Numbered from the stretch's first letter, positions 27,935 to 37,898 are shown. The stretch is 64,000 bases of DNA from an uncultured virus (IMG/VR IMGVR_UViG_3300013109_000180) (IMGVR_UViG_3300013109_000180), one strand, 5' to 3'. Notes: generated by a model from the sequence alone, not told the origin. Numbers and translations: made by a program.

Positions 27935-28834
27935 TTATGTTCCCCATGCATTGCCGAAGAGGCTGATGTGTAATCTGGGTGAGAATCTCCACCCTCGTTC
28001 CATACAGATGTCTGCGACTTCTTTGACGTTAAGATTGTATTCTTCTGATCTACCACCCAATGGCATAAGGTACACAGGGCATTCCAAGCCTGCTTTACGA
28101 TATTCATCAACTGCTCTACCAGCTTCATCAATATCACGACGATCAGCAACAACGAATTTAAGGTAAATGCTACTACCATTAGTGCTACTATACTCAGTAG
28201 CAACATCAGGAAGTATAGCATCGCTCCAAGATTCTCCACTAACGGAGAGTTTAGGACTACAGCTCCATGTGATCTGTAATCTGTCTTGATTACTAAGAAA
28301 GTCTTTAAGATCTTTGTGTAAGTGTTGTGTAGTGTTTGTTTCAAATGTAACATTTTTTAAATCCTTCATACGTGGGTGATTAAATAAATCGACGTACAAT
28401 CGTTGCCACCCTAACAACGGTTCGCCACCAGTTAATATAAGATGTATATCCTGGCCATTATCGCAAGTCCACTTACCCTCTGGTGTTAGACTTAATAGAT
28501 GATCTACTACTTCATCTACTGTTCCTTCTTTATTAAAATGTTTAAATTCTGGATAGATACTTGCATAAGTGTCACATCCTGTATGTATAATAGGTAAGTC
28601 ATTAAAATTAGTTGTAGTTTCATGTACTTTATTATCTAATAGAAGTTTAACTTCATCATTATAACGATTGCCTTGTGCATGTTTTTCTGCACGACTAGGC
28701 TCATTCCTATTTAGTCCAAAGTTCATACAACGAAAGTTACAACCAAATGTACGTAGGAATACACTAGGTACTCCTACGAATTTACCTTCACCTTGTACTG
28801 AATAGAATGCTTCACTATATCTAAGTTTTTGCAA
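27935..28834 (-). CDS. queE: 7-carboxy-7-deazaguanine synthase (radical SAM)
   Basis: EAFYSVQGEG, FLRTFGC, CDT, TGGEP, ETN, SPKLS, YLMP, RLH; atypical CX3CX50C. Confidence 0.9.
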   Translation of the reverse strand: MQKLRYSEAFYSVQGEGKFVGVPSVFLRTFGCNFRCMNFGLNRNEPSRAEKHAQGNRYNDEVKLLLDNKVHETTTNFNDLPIIHTGCDTYASIYPEFKHFNKEGTVDEVVDHLLSLTPEGKWTCDNGQDIHLILTGGEPLLGWQRLYVDLFNHPRMKDLKNVTFETNTTQHLHKDLKDFLSNQDRLQITWSCSPKLSVSGESWSDAILPDVATEYSSTNGSSIYLKFVVADRRDIDEAGRAVDEYRKAGLECPVYLMPLGGRSEEYNLNVKEVADICMERGWRFSPRLHISLFGNAWGT

Positions 28835-28845
28835 GATATTGCCCT

Positions 28846-29325
28846 CTATTGGTCGTGTTTAATGAATTTAATATTATACTGTTTTCCGTTTTGTTGGAAC
28901 CTAATTATACTATGAGTGTATACTTTTTTCACTTCAGTTACAAATGTAGGGTTGTCTTCACATACTGTTGTTCTTTTATAACCAACAATAGTTTTATTGC
29001 CTTTTTTATTGGCAAAATCAGCACCTAAAATTGCACCTAAAATAGTAGCGGCATCGTTACCTTTGCCCTTACCAATTTGATTACCAATTACACCACCGAT
29101 AATTGCACCACCTAGTACTTCACCAGTTGATGATTTCTCATCTTTGTATATAGGTATATCAATTTCTTGGCAAGTTCTATTTGAAACTTTTGTTTGTATT
29201 TCTACATTTTCAAAATAATGTCTCACATGAGCATTTACTTCATCTGCTTCAGAGTACATATTTTCAGCATATGCTATATTAGAAAACAAGAACATACTTG
29301 CAATCAGTGTTACTATATATTTCAT
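28846..29325 (-). CDS. Glycine-zipper 2TM secreted/membrane protein
   Basis: Signal peptide; GGAIIGGVIGNQIGKGKGNDAATILGAILG. Confidence 0.8.
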   Translation of the reverse strand: MKYIVTLIASMFLFSNIAYAENMYSEADEVNAHVRHYFENVEIQTKVSNRTCQEIDIPIYKDEKSSTGEVLGGAIIGGVIGNQIGKGKGNDAATILGAILGADFANKKGNKTIVGYKRTTVCEDNPTFVTEVKKVYTHSIIRFQQNGKQYNIKFIKHDQ

Positions 29326-29326
29326 T

Positions 29327-30106
29327 TTATTCTCCTTTAGAGTTATTAAGTTTATCATTAGTCTTTTTTACTGTATTAAGTATACTATGTTTTACCACTT
29401 TTGTCAAGGCTTTTAGGTCCTTAGGAAAGCATTTACCACTATATCCTAGGGTTCCATTACTGTTTGGCACTTGCATATGTGTCGAGCCAATAGTAGGAAA
29501 TCTACCCAAGGCACTACATAAAGTGTCATAGTCAACACCTGGTGGTAATTCACTATATAGCTCGTGAAACCATGCTACTTTAGTAGACAACCATGCATTA
29601 TGTGTGTATTTTATCATACTTGCAGTACGTCTATTTGTATAAATTACATCCCAATCAGCCTTATTAAATAAACCAGCCCACCATTTGGCGTATACTTCGC
29701 TAATAGTGTCTTCTTCGTTGTATCCTAATATAAATGTATGTTGATTTTCAAAGTCTTCTTTTGCATGTGCTTCTCTTAAAAACTCTGGATTATAAACTAC
29801 ATTGTCTGGGTATGATTGTATTAAATCTGGTGTTACTGTACTTTTAAGTAATATAGGAGTGCTTTCGTTACATAGTTTTAAAATTTTTTGAATTATACTA
29901 TCATCACATCCACCAAAGTATAGGCTAGGAGTAGGTACACAAATTATAATACCATCTGCATTTGCTATCGCTTCTTGTGGATCTTGTTCTGGATAGAGTA
30001 ATGGATCAACTCTTACTATTTTATTTTTATTACCTTGGTATGTTTCTTCTAAGAAGTCTGCTACTGTTCCACCAACAAACCCGCAACCGAATATTGCTAT
30101 GTTCAT
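29327..30106 (-). CDS. UDP-glucose/GDP-mannose dehydrogenase family protein (short, lacks C-terminal domain)
   Basis: GCGFVG, ICVPTP, KSTVTP, YNPEFLRE, GYSGKCFPKD. Confidence 0.85.
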   Translation of the reverse strand: MNIAIFGCGFVGGTVADFLEETYQGNKNKIVRVDPLLYPEQDPQEAIANADGIIICVPTPSLYFGGCDDSIIQKILKLCNESTPILLKSTVTPDLIQSYPDNVVYNPEFLREAHAKEDFENQHTFILGYNEEDTISEVYAKWWAGLFNKADWDVIYTNRRTASMIKYTHNAWLSTKVAWFHELYSELPPGVDYDTLCSALGRFPTIGSTHMQVPNSNGTLGYSGKCFPKDLKALTKVVKHSILNTVKKTNDKLNNSKGE

Positions 30107-30115
30107 TTTAATTTC

Positions 30116-30436
30116 CTATTTTTTATAGTCACTATGTAAGGAAGTTTGATTTGTACTGCTATAACTATCAGGCCCACATTTAAGATGACACTCTTCTGGA
30201 GTATTACCTGTTTTAAATCCCTCTATTAACATAGTCCATGTTTTACTTTTTAATATTGTTTCTATATTATGTTTTGTTATATCCAAATCACCGTCTACAT
30301 CTAACCCATTATCTTCTCCCCATTTTTTAAATTCATTCCATGTTTCAATTGGATTTAAAAAACAACAAGGCTTTAATTTGTTATCAGCAGATAAAAACAT
30401 AGGCATGTTGTGTAGTAAACATCTAGGCTTTATCAT
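30116..30436 (-). CDS. Stand-alone SPASM/twitch-like domain protein
   Basis: PRC...LKPCC...CHLKC; AGGTGG RBS before the ATG at 30436. Confidence 0.7.
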   Translation of the reverse strand: MIKPRCLLHNMPMFLSADNKLKPCCFLNPIETWNEFKKWGEDNGLDVDGDLDITKHNIETILKSKTWTMLIEGFKTGNTPEECHLKCGPDSYSSTNQTSLHSDYKK

Positions 30437-31055
30437 TTGGCCACCTATATATTTCTGGATCATCAGCATGATAATCTTTAATATTTCTTTCACTTGTAAC
30501 AGGAAGAAATCTATCCATTCCTAAACTATTTGCAAGTTTTCTTGCATCTTCTACTTGATATTTGTTGTATGGAAATACCAAATATTTCCATTCTAAAGTA
30601 GGTTTGCGATCTAACGGAAGTGCTCCCATTGTTTTCATTCCCATCATAATGGATTTCCAGTTTGCACGAATTCTGTATAAGTGATTAGTTTCTTCTAGTC
30701 CATCTACACTAAAGTTAAATATTTGCCTACGTGACCAATTAAGACTTGCTAATTCGTCCCACCATTTTTGTTTTTTAAAACTACCATTAGTATGGATAGT
30801 AAGAACCTTATTTCTATCCACATAGTATCGTACAATGTCTATAAAGTCTGGATGATATATTGGATCACCATAACATCCTACAAAAAGATAGGAACGGTCT
30901 TCTGAATCGTTTGCGAAACTTTTAGCAAGGTCTGTGTCCATATGCCCTACATCCCAATCTTCTTTTTTCTCTCCAGGATTATTACGTGGACAAGCAGGGC
31001 ATCCAAGAGTGCATTTTGTTGTAAGTTCTATTTCTAATGGGCTATTTAGTAGCAT
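30423..31055 (-). CDS. Radical SAM core domain (no SPASM domain in frame)
   Basis: CTLGCPAC, GCYGDP, HTNGS, FSVDG. Confidence 0.85.
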   Translation of the reverse strand: MLLNSPLEIELTTKCTLGCPACPRNNPGEKKEDWDVGHMDTDLAKSFANDSEDRSYLFVGCYGDPIYHPDFIDIVRYYVDRNKVLTIHTNGSFKKQKWWDELASLNWSRRQIFNFSVDGLEETNHLYRIRANWKSIMMGMKTMGALPLDRKPTLEWKYLVFPYNKYQVEDARKLANSLGMDRFLPVTSERNIKDYHADDPEIYRWPNDKA

Positions 31056-31082
31056 ATATGTATTTAGTTTTTATGCCACCTC

Positions 31083-31571
31083 CTATGCAAATAAATCTTC
31101 GTTATCTTCTCTATGACCTTCTCTATATGCCATATTAGTTTGTGTTTCACGTACTTCTACTCTGAAACACCATAGTCGTTTTGCTTCTGATTGCCCCCAC
31201 ATATCTGGAATGTATATTCCATTTACATATTTGTATAATTGATCTGCTAATCCTTCACACCCAAGTTTTGGAAGTTCAATTAGTTTTGCAATGCCACGTT
31301 TCTCGGCTTCTTTATACCAATCAATATGAGGGTCATCTGATGCAACTAATAGTGTATGATCAAATTGATCTTGTAGCATTTGTTTAAGTTCTTTCATACC
31401 TCCGTAATCTGCTACCCAATTACGAATATCCAGGTCATTTGCACCGAAGAAAAACTTCATGCTAAAACTGTATCCATGAATAATGTTACAGTGACTATCA
31501 GCCTTCCATTGCCTATAAGCGACAGGAAACTGATCTACATACTCTTTTGTACTTACGTATTTGTATTTCAT
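31083..31571 (-). CDS. queD: 6-carboxy-5,6,7,8-tetrahydropterin synthase
   Basis: SHCNIIHGYS, WVADYG, FDHTLL, GCEGLA, VRET. Confidence 0.85.
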   Translation of the reverse strand: MKYKYVSTKEYVDQFPVAYRQWKADSHCNIIHGYSFSMKFFFGANDLDIRNWVADYGGMKELKQMLQDQFDHTLLVASDDPHIDWYKEAEKRGIAKLIELPKLGCEGLADQLYKYVNGIYIPDMWGQSEAKRLWCFRVEVRETQTNMAYREGHREDNEDLFA

Positions 31572-31572
31572 T

Positions 31573-32211
31573 TTATTTGGGCTCCCAATGTTCATGGCAC
31601 CTCGGTTCGTACGATTCAGCACCACCAATTTTTACTCTCTCTGAGTTTTTTGTTGCTTTTAGTCTTTGTGTTTTACCAGCATCAATACCGCATACTGTAC
31701 AGAATGCTTTAATTTTAACTACTTCATCTGCTAATGATAGCATACGTGCGGTAGTTTCAAATGGCACTCCTCTGCTGTCTTGGTCAAGACCTGCTATTGC
31801 AAAGTTTACGCCTGAACGTAAACCTTCTTCTACAAACCATACAGTTTCATTTGTATCAAAGAATTGTACTTCATCAATAAACACTGAATGAAAGTTATAT
31901 GGTTTAATTGTGTAATTGTCTTTGACTAGTTCTAAGTCAATTACTGATACGGCTGGGTGTCTTAATTTATTATGTGTTACGATTTCATCTTTGTTTTCAC
32001 TATGATATCTGTCGTCCACAATCGGTTTTAACACCAGCACTTTATGTCCACCGTGTTCTATAAAGAGTAGTCGTTTAAGTAACTCACTGCTCTTACCAGC
32101 AAACATGGGTCCTGCAATGACTTCAAGTTTGCCTCGTTTATTATATATTCCTGTATCCATTGTTACTGCTTTTGGAAATTGATAAATGTTTTGTGTTGAC
32201 TGTACTTCCAT
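31573..32211 (-). CDS. tdk: Thymidine kinase (type II)
   Basis: GPMFAGKS, FIDEVQF, AGLD, CTVC, YEPRC. Confidence 0.95.
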   Translation of the reverse strand: MEVQSTQNIYQFPKAVTMDTGIYNKRGKLEVIAGPMFAGKSSELLKRLLFIEHGGHKVLVLKPIVDDRYHSENKDEIVTHNKLRHPAVSVIDLELVKDNYTIKPYNFHSVFIDEVQFFDTNETVWFVEEGLRSGVNFAIAGLDQDSRGVPFETTARMLSLADEVVKIKAFCTVCGIDAGKTQRLKATKNSERVKIGGAESYEPRCHEHWEPK

Positions 32212-34904
32212 TAAAATGCTAACCTATATGTTATACCTGCAGTTACTTGTGTTTCATCTAAACCTGCATAATTATTTCGCATTTCAACATTTGCCGTCCA
32301 CGAAGATGTATCTGTAATCCTATTTATATAAAATATTCCAACATCAATTTCTCTCTTGTCAGCCTTTAATGAACTGTTAATGTCTGTGCTTACAACATCA
32401 CCTTCAGGAGTAACACTGCTAGGAATATTAAAGTGTGCGTCACCGCTTGTAATACTAACTGGCATACTTGTTACAAATCCAAATGTACTGCCACCTGTTG
32501 TTTGTGACACACCAAGTGTAGCACTATTAGACATCATAACATCTGCACTTTTAAGCATAGAACTATTGTCTACATCAAGTCGTGTAGCACCTATTGTTGC
32601 ATTACCAAATACACTTATACCATTGTTTAACTCTATGCTATCACTATATCCAAAATATGCAGTATTAGAATTGTTAACTCTCATAAATTCATTATCTGCA
32701 AAGTTACCTAAGAACCTATCTGATTCGTTTACAAGTCCTACTGTAAGTTTATTCCAAGTTTGCATAATACTTACATTGTTATTATTATCATTAAGTGCAA
32801 TATGTGTTCCTGAGTTTGTTACAGGAATAATACTACCACCATTAAAACCTAAGTAGTAATCTGGAGCGAAGCCATGCATTGCCGCTAATGTTGGACTTGC
32901 TGTCCTTGTATCTATTGTTTGTACCATGTTATTAGCGTCAAAGTAATAATCTCTATCATACTCATCAGCTACCATCATTGAACTTAATGCTGAAATGTTT
33001 GCATTACCACTCATTGCAATTACACCACTGTCACTTATATTAACTCTATTATCATCAATTCTACCTGTGGTAACTAATCCAATAGCACCTTGTGGTAGTG
33101 TTGCTTCATCTAAGTCTAGCATACCTTGTCCATGTTTATTAGGATCGTAATTTGTAATAACTTCTGTATCTGCCGTGTTAAGCAAAAGTTTAGTAAGGTT
33201 AGCACCAGTCATATGTGGCCACATTTGATGTACAATTGCAACTGCACCTGCTACATGAGGGGCCGCCATCGATGTACCTGTGAGTGTTGTATATTCACCA
33301 TTGTTAGTTGGTGCCGCAATATATACACCAGGTGCCATAATATACCTATCGCTAATAAGAGCATCGGATTTACAAGTGCCATCATCATTAAGTTCTCGAC
33401 AAATAGTTCCTGCCGCATTGCTCCACTTACTAAGGCTGTTCTTCCTTTCGTCAAACATACCAACTACAAGTACACGATCACCAATTTCAGAATCAAGAGC
33501 AATATGTGATTCTTGACTAGCCACTGCAAGTCGATCATTACCAGCGGCAAGAACCATTACAGTTTCGTGACCTTTCATTGACTCAATCATTGCAGTACCA
33601 TGGCCATTTGTAGAATATATTTGGTTATATCCAAGAACATTGTAATCACCAAATGTCATGTCTGCATAGTAAACACCTTCGCTAATTTCTGTAAGACTGT
33701 TTCGATATGCCCAACTTGTAGTTGTACCAGCACTAATGTTTACTACATCTGCACCGTTTTCTACTGCCCACTTCATTGCCTCAGGTATTTTATCAAATTG
33801 GAAATACCCACTATCGTATGCAAGTTTACCAATAAGTAAGTCTGCATCATAGGCTACACCTGTAGTACCAACACCATCTAAGTTTGCCGCGGCAATACCT
33901 GCCACGTGTGTTCCGTGTCCAAACCTGTTACCATCTTCTACAGTTCCAAGTCCACGTTCACATACATTTGTAAAACATTTTGCTTCAATAATACTATCTT
34001 CAAACTCACTATGGTCTGTGTCAATACCAGTATCAAAGATTGCAATTATACTACCTTCACCAGTGTATCCACGAGACCATGCCGCTGGTGCTCCAATCTT
34101 ATCTAGATTGTTACCAAAGTACCCACCTAACTTTTCAATGTAACTATCGTTAATATTACTGTTCATTGTTTTAACGGCATTGTAATAACTGTCACTTACT
34201 GTGTAGTTAACATCACCTCTAGCAAGATATTCTGCTTCTGTAAATACAATTATAGTAGGTGCGTCTGGTTCTTCCGTTTTTTCTTCCGGAATAACAAGAG
34301 CATATTCTCTAATAAGTTCACGATCAACTTGTATATCAATTTCATTTATAGTTTCTTTACGATCAATTTTTACATCGTTTTGATACGTTTCTTTACCGTT
34401 ATCATATACACTAACAGTTTTGTAATTAGTATAATATGTAGTTGTAACCGGTGTAGTTCGAGTAACAGTAATTACTGCATACTCTCGAATTGTGTTACCA
34501 TCTTGTTCTTCAACAACATTATTGTCTGTAGTAGTGATCATAGTACCACGATTAATAATTGTTCCAGGTACTTCTTCTACATAAGTACGTACAACTTTAG
34601 GTGCAATATCTGAATTAATAATAGTATTGTACTTGGCGATTTCGCCTAAATGCCATTCATATCGTGTCTGAATAGTTTTATACCAACTTAGATGGCTATA
34701 ACGAGAATATTTGTCAAAGATAATTGCATAATTTTGATTAATGTTCTGATAATTACGTACGACTGATTTTGCAAAATTAATTTGACGCATTTGATCCATG
34801 TTTTGGAACCAATTTGCATCATAATAACTTGTATATGCAGATGCCGAAAGCGACGTAAAGGCAATTGCTATGCCCATTATCGCAGTTGCAATAAGTTTTT
34901 TCAT
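32211..34904 (-). CDS. Secreted subtilisin-family (S8) protease with a probable C-terminal beta-barrel
   Basis: Signal peptide; FDTG, HGTHVAG, AAGN, GTSMAAPHV; ends GITYRLAF. Confidence 0.9.
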   Translation of the reverse strand: MKKLIATAIMGIAIAFTSLSASAYTSYYDANWFQNMDQMRQINFAKSVVRNYQNINQNYAIIFDKYSRYSHLSWYKTIQTRYEWHLGEIAKYNTIINSDIAPKVVRTYVEEVPGTIINRGTMITTTDNNVVEEQDGNTIREYAVITVTRTTPVTTTYYTNYKTVSVYDNGKETYQNDVKIDRKETINEIDIQVDRELIREYALVIPEEKTEEPDAPTIIVFTEAEYLARGDVNYTVSDSYYNAVKTMNSNINDSYIEKLGGYFGNNLDKIGAPAAWSRGYTGEGSIIAIFDTGIDTDHSEFEDSIIEAKCFTNVCERGLGTVEDGNRFGHGTHVAGIAAANLDGVGTTGVAYDADLLIGKLAYDSGYFQFDKIPEAMKWAVENGADVVNISAGTTTSWAYRNSLTEISEGVYYADMTFGDYNVLGYNQIYSTNGHGTAMIESMKGHETVMVLAAGNDRLAVASQESHIALDSEIGDRVLVVGMFDERKNSLSKWSNAAGTICRELNDDGTCKSDALISDRYIMAPGVYIAAPTNNGEYTTLTGTSMAAPHVAGAVAIVHQMWPHMTGANLTKLLLNTADTEVITNYDPNKHGQGMLDLDEATLPQGAIGLVTTGRIDDNRVNISDSGVIAMSGNANISALSSMMVADEYDRDYYFDANNMVQTIDTRTASPTLAAMHGFAPDYYLGFNGGSIIPVTNSGTHIALNDNNNNVSIMQTWNKLTVGLVNESDRFLGNFADNEFMRVNNSNTAYFGYSDSIELNNGISVFGNATIGATRLDVDNSSMLKSADVMMSNSATLGVSQTTGGSTFGFVTSMPVSITSGDAHFNIPSSVTPEGDVVSTDINSSLKADKREIDVGIFYINRITDTSSWTANVEMRNNYAGLDETQVTAGITYRLAF

Positions 34905-34939
34905 TGTAGTCTCCTGACTTTTATGGTTATTGTATACAT

Positions 34940-34968
34940 ATAATAACAGAAAATATGTTATTTGTCAA
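34940..34968 (-). promoter_or_regulatory. Sigma70-type promoter with inverted repeat
   Basis: TTGACA-17bp-TATTAT; aataaca-N7-tgttatt at 34942-34962. Confidence 0.7.
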
Positions 34969-34996
34969 CCAAGAAACATCGGTTTTTAGGTAAAAT

Positions 34997-35581
34997 CTAT
35001 GGAATTTCGACAAATTCATAGTCATTACCCTTCCCATTTGTGCCTCCACCTTCATTTTCTAGGTATTCTCCGTCATATTCTACCTGATCAATGATATGAT
35101 TGCCATCAATATTGCTTATTCTTACAGTTAATTTATTAGGGTCAAATTTACCTTCTATTTCAAGTTCTGTAAGAAAAAATTGCCCTTTTTCATAAGCATA
35201 TCCTTTAAAGTAATAACCTGGGTCAAGTTGAGTATCTTCATAATGTTCAGTATCTGATACATTAGGTTCGTCTGTTTTAAATATTTCATCGCCTGTTTCT
35301 AATGATGTTACTACAACTGTACATGAATCTAAATCTGCACCACATGAGTGTGCTATATTGTCCATATCATGCCAATATCCAAGAAAACAAGAATCTTTTT
35401 CATCAGTAATTGGGTTGCCTTCACCTTCATCATATGGGTCCCAAAATAAATGACTATCTAATCCTTCTGTTTCTCCTTTATCAATGAATGGAAGCCAATA
35501 ATCAAACTGTGCTTTAGTAATTGACCCAATTACTAATTCACCACCATATCCATAAATTTCAATTTCAACTTGTGTCTTCAT
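34997..35581 (-). CDS. Hypothetical acidic protein
   Basis: 194-aa ORF. Confidence 0.75.
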   Translation of the reverse strand: MKTQVEIEIYGYGGELVIGSITKAQFDYWLPFIDKGETEGLDSHLFWDPYDEGEGNPITDEKDSCFLGYWHDMDNIAHSCGADLDSCTVVVTSLETGDEIFKTDEPNVSDTEHYEDTQLDPGYYFKGYAYEKGQFFLTELEIEGKFDPNKLTVRISNIDGNHIIDQVEYDGEYLENEGGGTNGKGNDYEFVEIP

Positions 35582-36737
35582 ATTCTATTTTACTTACTCT
35601 TTTTTTAATAATATTTGCTAGTTGTTTATCATAGTCACTCATATTATCATCTAATCCATTTGGTATCATGTATTCGCTAATTTCTCCTAAAAAATCTACA
35701 GTTTCTTTGTCAGGATGTAATACAGCAATACCTAAATCCATCATGTCAGCATGAGTTATTTTGTTTTTAACATTACCTAAATAATCGCCTACTATATCAA
35801 ACTCACTATCATTAATATCAAATACTACAAATTGACGAAGTACTGTATCACCGTCAACTGGTGCTGTTATGTGTTTTGCTGATATTACTGCGTCTAATGT
35901 TTGTTCATTTACAGTTGCACCAGCAAATACTAGTAGTATTCTTTCTACACCATGTTCTTTTAATAAGTTTTTTGCTACGTTAAAATCATTACGATCTCTA
36001 AAAACTACAATATTGCTAAATCCATGTTGAATTAAATTTCTATATGTTACTGCACCTAAGTTGACTTCTAATAATTTATGCAAACTATCACTTTCCATAT
36101 CTTTGCAATCAATTAATACACCAATTTTGCTGTTACTTTTATTTTGTATAACTGATGGATTTAATATATTAGTTCCTATACGTAAACGTAAACTGAATCG
36201 TTTTCCTGGGCCAGCTTTAAAACTATGCATCGTGTGAGGTTGACTTTTAAATATAACTGCATCACTAGATGTGGCACCTGTGTCCATATCATTTAAATAC
36301 AATGACCTTGATGCATCGTCTACTTGCAAATAATATTGTAATGTTAAAGTGTCTTTACGTGGACCTGCATCATTGTGTTCTTCATTAAGTCCTGCCGGGT
36401 CACAATAGTCAAATACAAGACTAGCATTATAGCCAGTACTATAATCTATGTTATAATGTTGGAGTAATAATTCGTGTGCTTCTGGGCTTTTTAATTCAGT
36501 AAGTACTTGCTTGGCCAGTGAAGATGGCAAAGAAGAAATAAATTCTTTTGATATATCTTTTGTATAAATTCCGTCTTCAAAATTATCTTTTGGTGCATTA
36601 TCCCAATCTATTCTATTAAATACTTTTAATAATGAAATAACTGTTGCAGTATTTAATGCATTGCGAATTATTTTATGTTTCCAAGGAACATCTGAAGTAG
36701 GTGCTTCTAATATTTTTGATACATTATATTTGTCCAT
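35565..36737 (-). CDS. Fe(II)/2OG oxygenase-like N-terminal domain plus unknown C-terminal domain
   Basis: HND...LTLQYYL...HSF...KRFSL. Confidence 0.55.
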   Translation of the reverse strand: MDKYNVSKILEAPTSDVPWKHKIIRNALNTATVISLLKVFNRIDWDNAPKDNFEDGIYTKDISKEFISSLPSSLAKQVLTELKSPEAHELLLQHYNIDYSTGYNASLVFDYCDPAGLNEEHNDAGPRKDTLTLQYYLQVDDASRSLYLNDMDTGATSSDAVIFKSQPHTMHSFKAGPGKRFSLRLRIGTNILNPSVIQNKSNSKIGVLIDCKDMESDSLHKLLEVNLGAVTYRNLIQHGFSNIVVFRDRNDFNVAKNLLKEHGVERILLVFAGATVNEQTLDAVISAKHITAPVDGDTVLRQFVVFDINDSEFDIVGDYLGNVKNKITHADMMDLGIAVLHPDKETVDFLGEISEYMIPNGLDDNMSDYDKQLANIIKKRVSKIEYEDTS

Positions 36738-37221
36738 ACTCTCTATCGCCTTCCCAAGGATAAACTAACCAAACATCTTCTTCTGCTTTGTTTACTTCAT
36801 GGCACCAATAATTAACACCATCAAAATCACTTGATAAGTTCTCAGTTAAAACAGCAAAACGAACATTGTTATAGGCGCCTGCTCGTCCATTAAGTTTCCA
36901 ATCATCACTAATCCATTTAAATGTAGCACCAGTATCATTAATGTCATCTACTATTAAAATCTTTTTACCTTTTAAAGCATCCTCAGCCATCCATTCAATG
37001 CTATCTCCATACTTACCAGACTCCCCATCTCGTAAAGAAACTTTTAATGCTTCACATCTAATTCCAGTTGTATTACTTAAAATAGTAGCAGGTACATTAC
37101 CTCCTCTTGTAATTCCTACTATATAATCTGGTTTCCATTGATCTTTATAAAGTTGATTAATGATTTGTCCACACATATGTTTTACGTCTTTCCAAGTGTA
37201 GTATATTTTCTTAATTGCCAT
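36724..37221 (-). CDS. Purine phosphoribosyltransferase (Gpt-like)
   Basis: VGITRGG, LIVDDINDTGAT PRPP motif, WLVYPWE. Confidence 0.9.
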   Translation of the reverse strand: MAIKKIYYTWKDVKHMCGQIINQLYKDQWKPDYIVGITRGGNVPATILSNTTGIRCEALKVSLRDGESGKYGDSIEWMAEDALKGKKILIVDDINDTGATFKWISDDWKLNGRAGAYNNVRFAVLTENLSSDFDGVNYWCHEVNKAEEDVWLVYPWEGDREYGQI

Positions 37222-37898
37222 TACGAATTATGCCCCTTCATGCTCATACAAATTTTATAAAATTCATCTCTTGTTGCCGGGTCTTCTTTAAATGCACCTA
37301 ACATGATTGCCGTTGTCATATCTGATTCATGTTCACGTATGCCTCTGTGTGTCATACAATGATGTTCTGCTTTAACTACTACTGCAATATGTGTTGTCTG
37401 TGCATATTCTTGTAATGCATTGGCAATCTGTGTTGTCATTTCTTCTTGTATTTGTGGTCTTTCAACAATGTGATGTATAATTCTGTTGAACTTACTTAAT
37501 CCAATTACTTCACCATTTGGAATAATACCTACCCAAGCATTACCTACTATATTTTGTAAGTGGTGAGCACATGTTGACTTAATACTAATTGGACCACTAG
37601 TGTACATACTCTTATATCCCATATTAGGAAAACTTGTAACTCTTGGCATTGGTTCATATCTACCACCAAATGTTTCTTTTACATACATCTTTGCTACACG
37701 TTTTGCAGTTTCTTTTGTATTGTGATCGTTATCTGTGTCAATTACAAGACTTTCTAACACTCCTTGTAACTTTCCTTCTACTTCTTGTTGTAGTAAATCT
37801 AATTCACCTTCTTCTATGAATTCAGATATATTATCATTACAATGAAATCTTTTATTCTTTGCTAATATCCTTTGCTTAATTACGTTGCTTATTTCCAC
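37221..37898 (-). CDS. folE: GTP cyclohydrolase I
   Basis: ETAKRVAKMY, STCAHH, GLSKFNR, PQIQEE, EHHCMTHRG. Confidence 0.95.
   Translation of the reverse strand: MEISNVIKQRILAKNKRFHCNDNISEFIEEGELDLLQQEVEGKLQGVLESLVIDTDNDHNTKETAKRVAKMYVKETFGGRYEPMPRVTSFPNMGYKSMYTSGPISIKSTCAHHLQNIVGNAWVGIIPNGEVIGLSKFNRIIHHIVERPQIQEEMTTQIANALQEYAQTTHIAVVVKAEHHCMTHRGIREHESDMTTAIMLGAFKEDPATRDEFYKICMSMKGHNS

Noticed and set aside
27898..28353. 151-aa minus-strand ORF overlapping queE in another frame
   Set aside because: Lies almost entirely inside a well-supported gene and has no motifs; likely a shadow ORF.
32356..32856. 166-aa plus-strand ORF and similar antisense ORFs across the window
   Set aside because: Antisense to confident genes, with no RBS or motifs; expected from codon bias.
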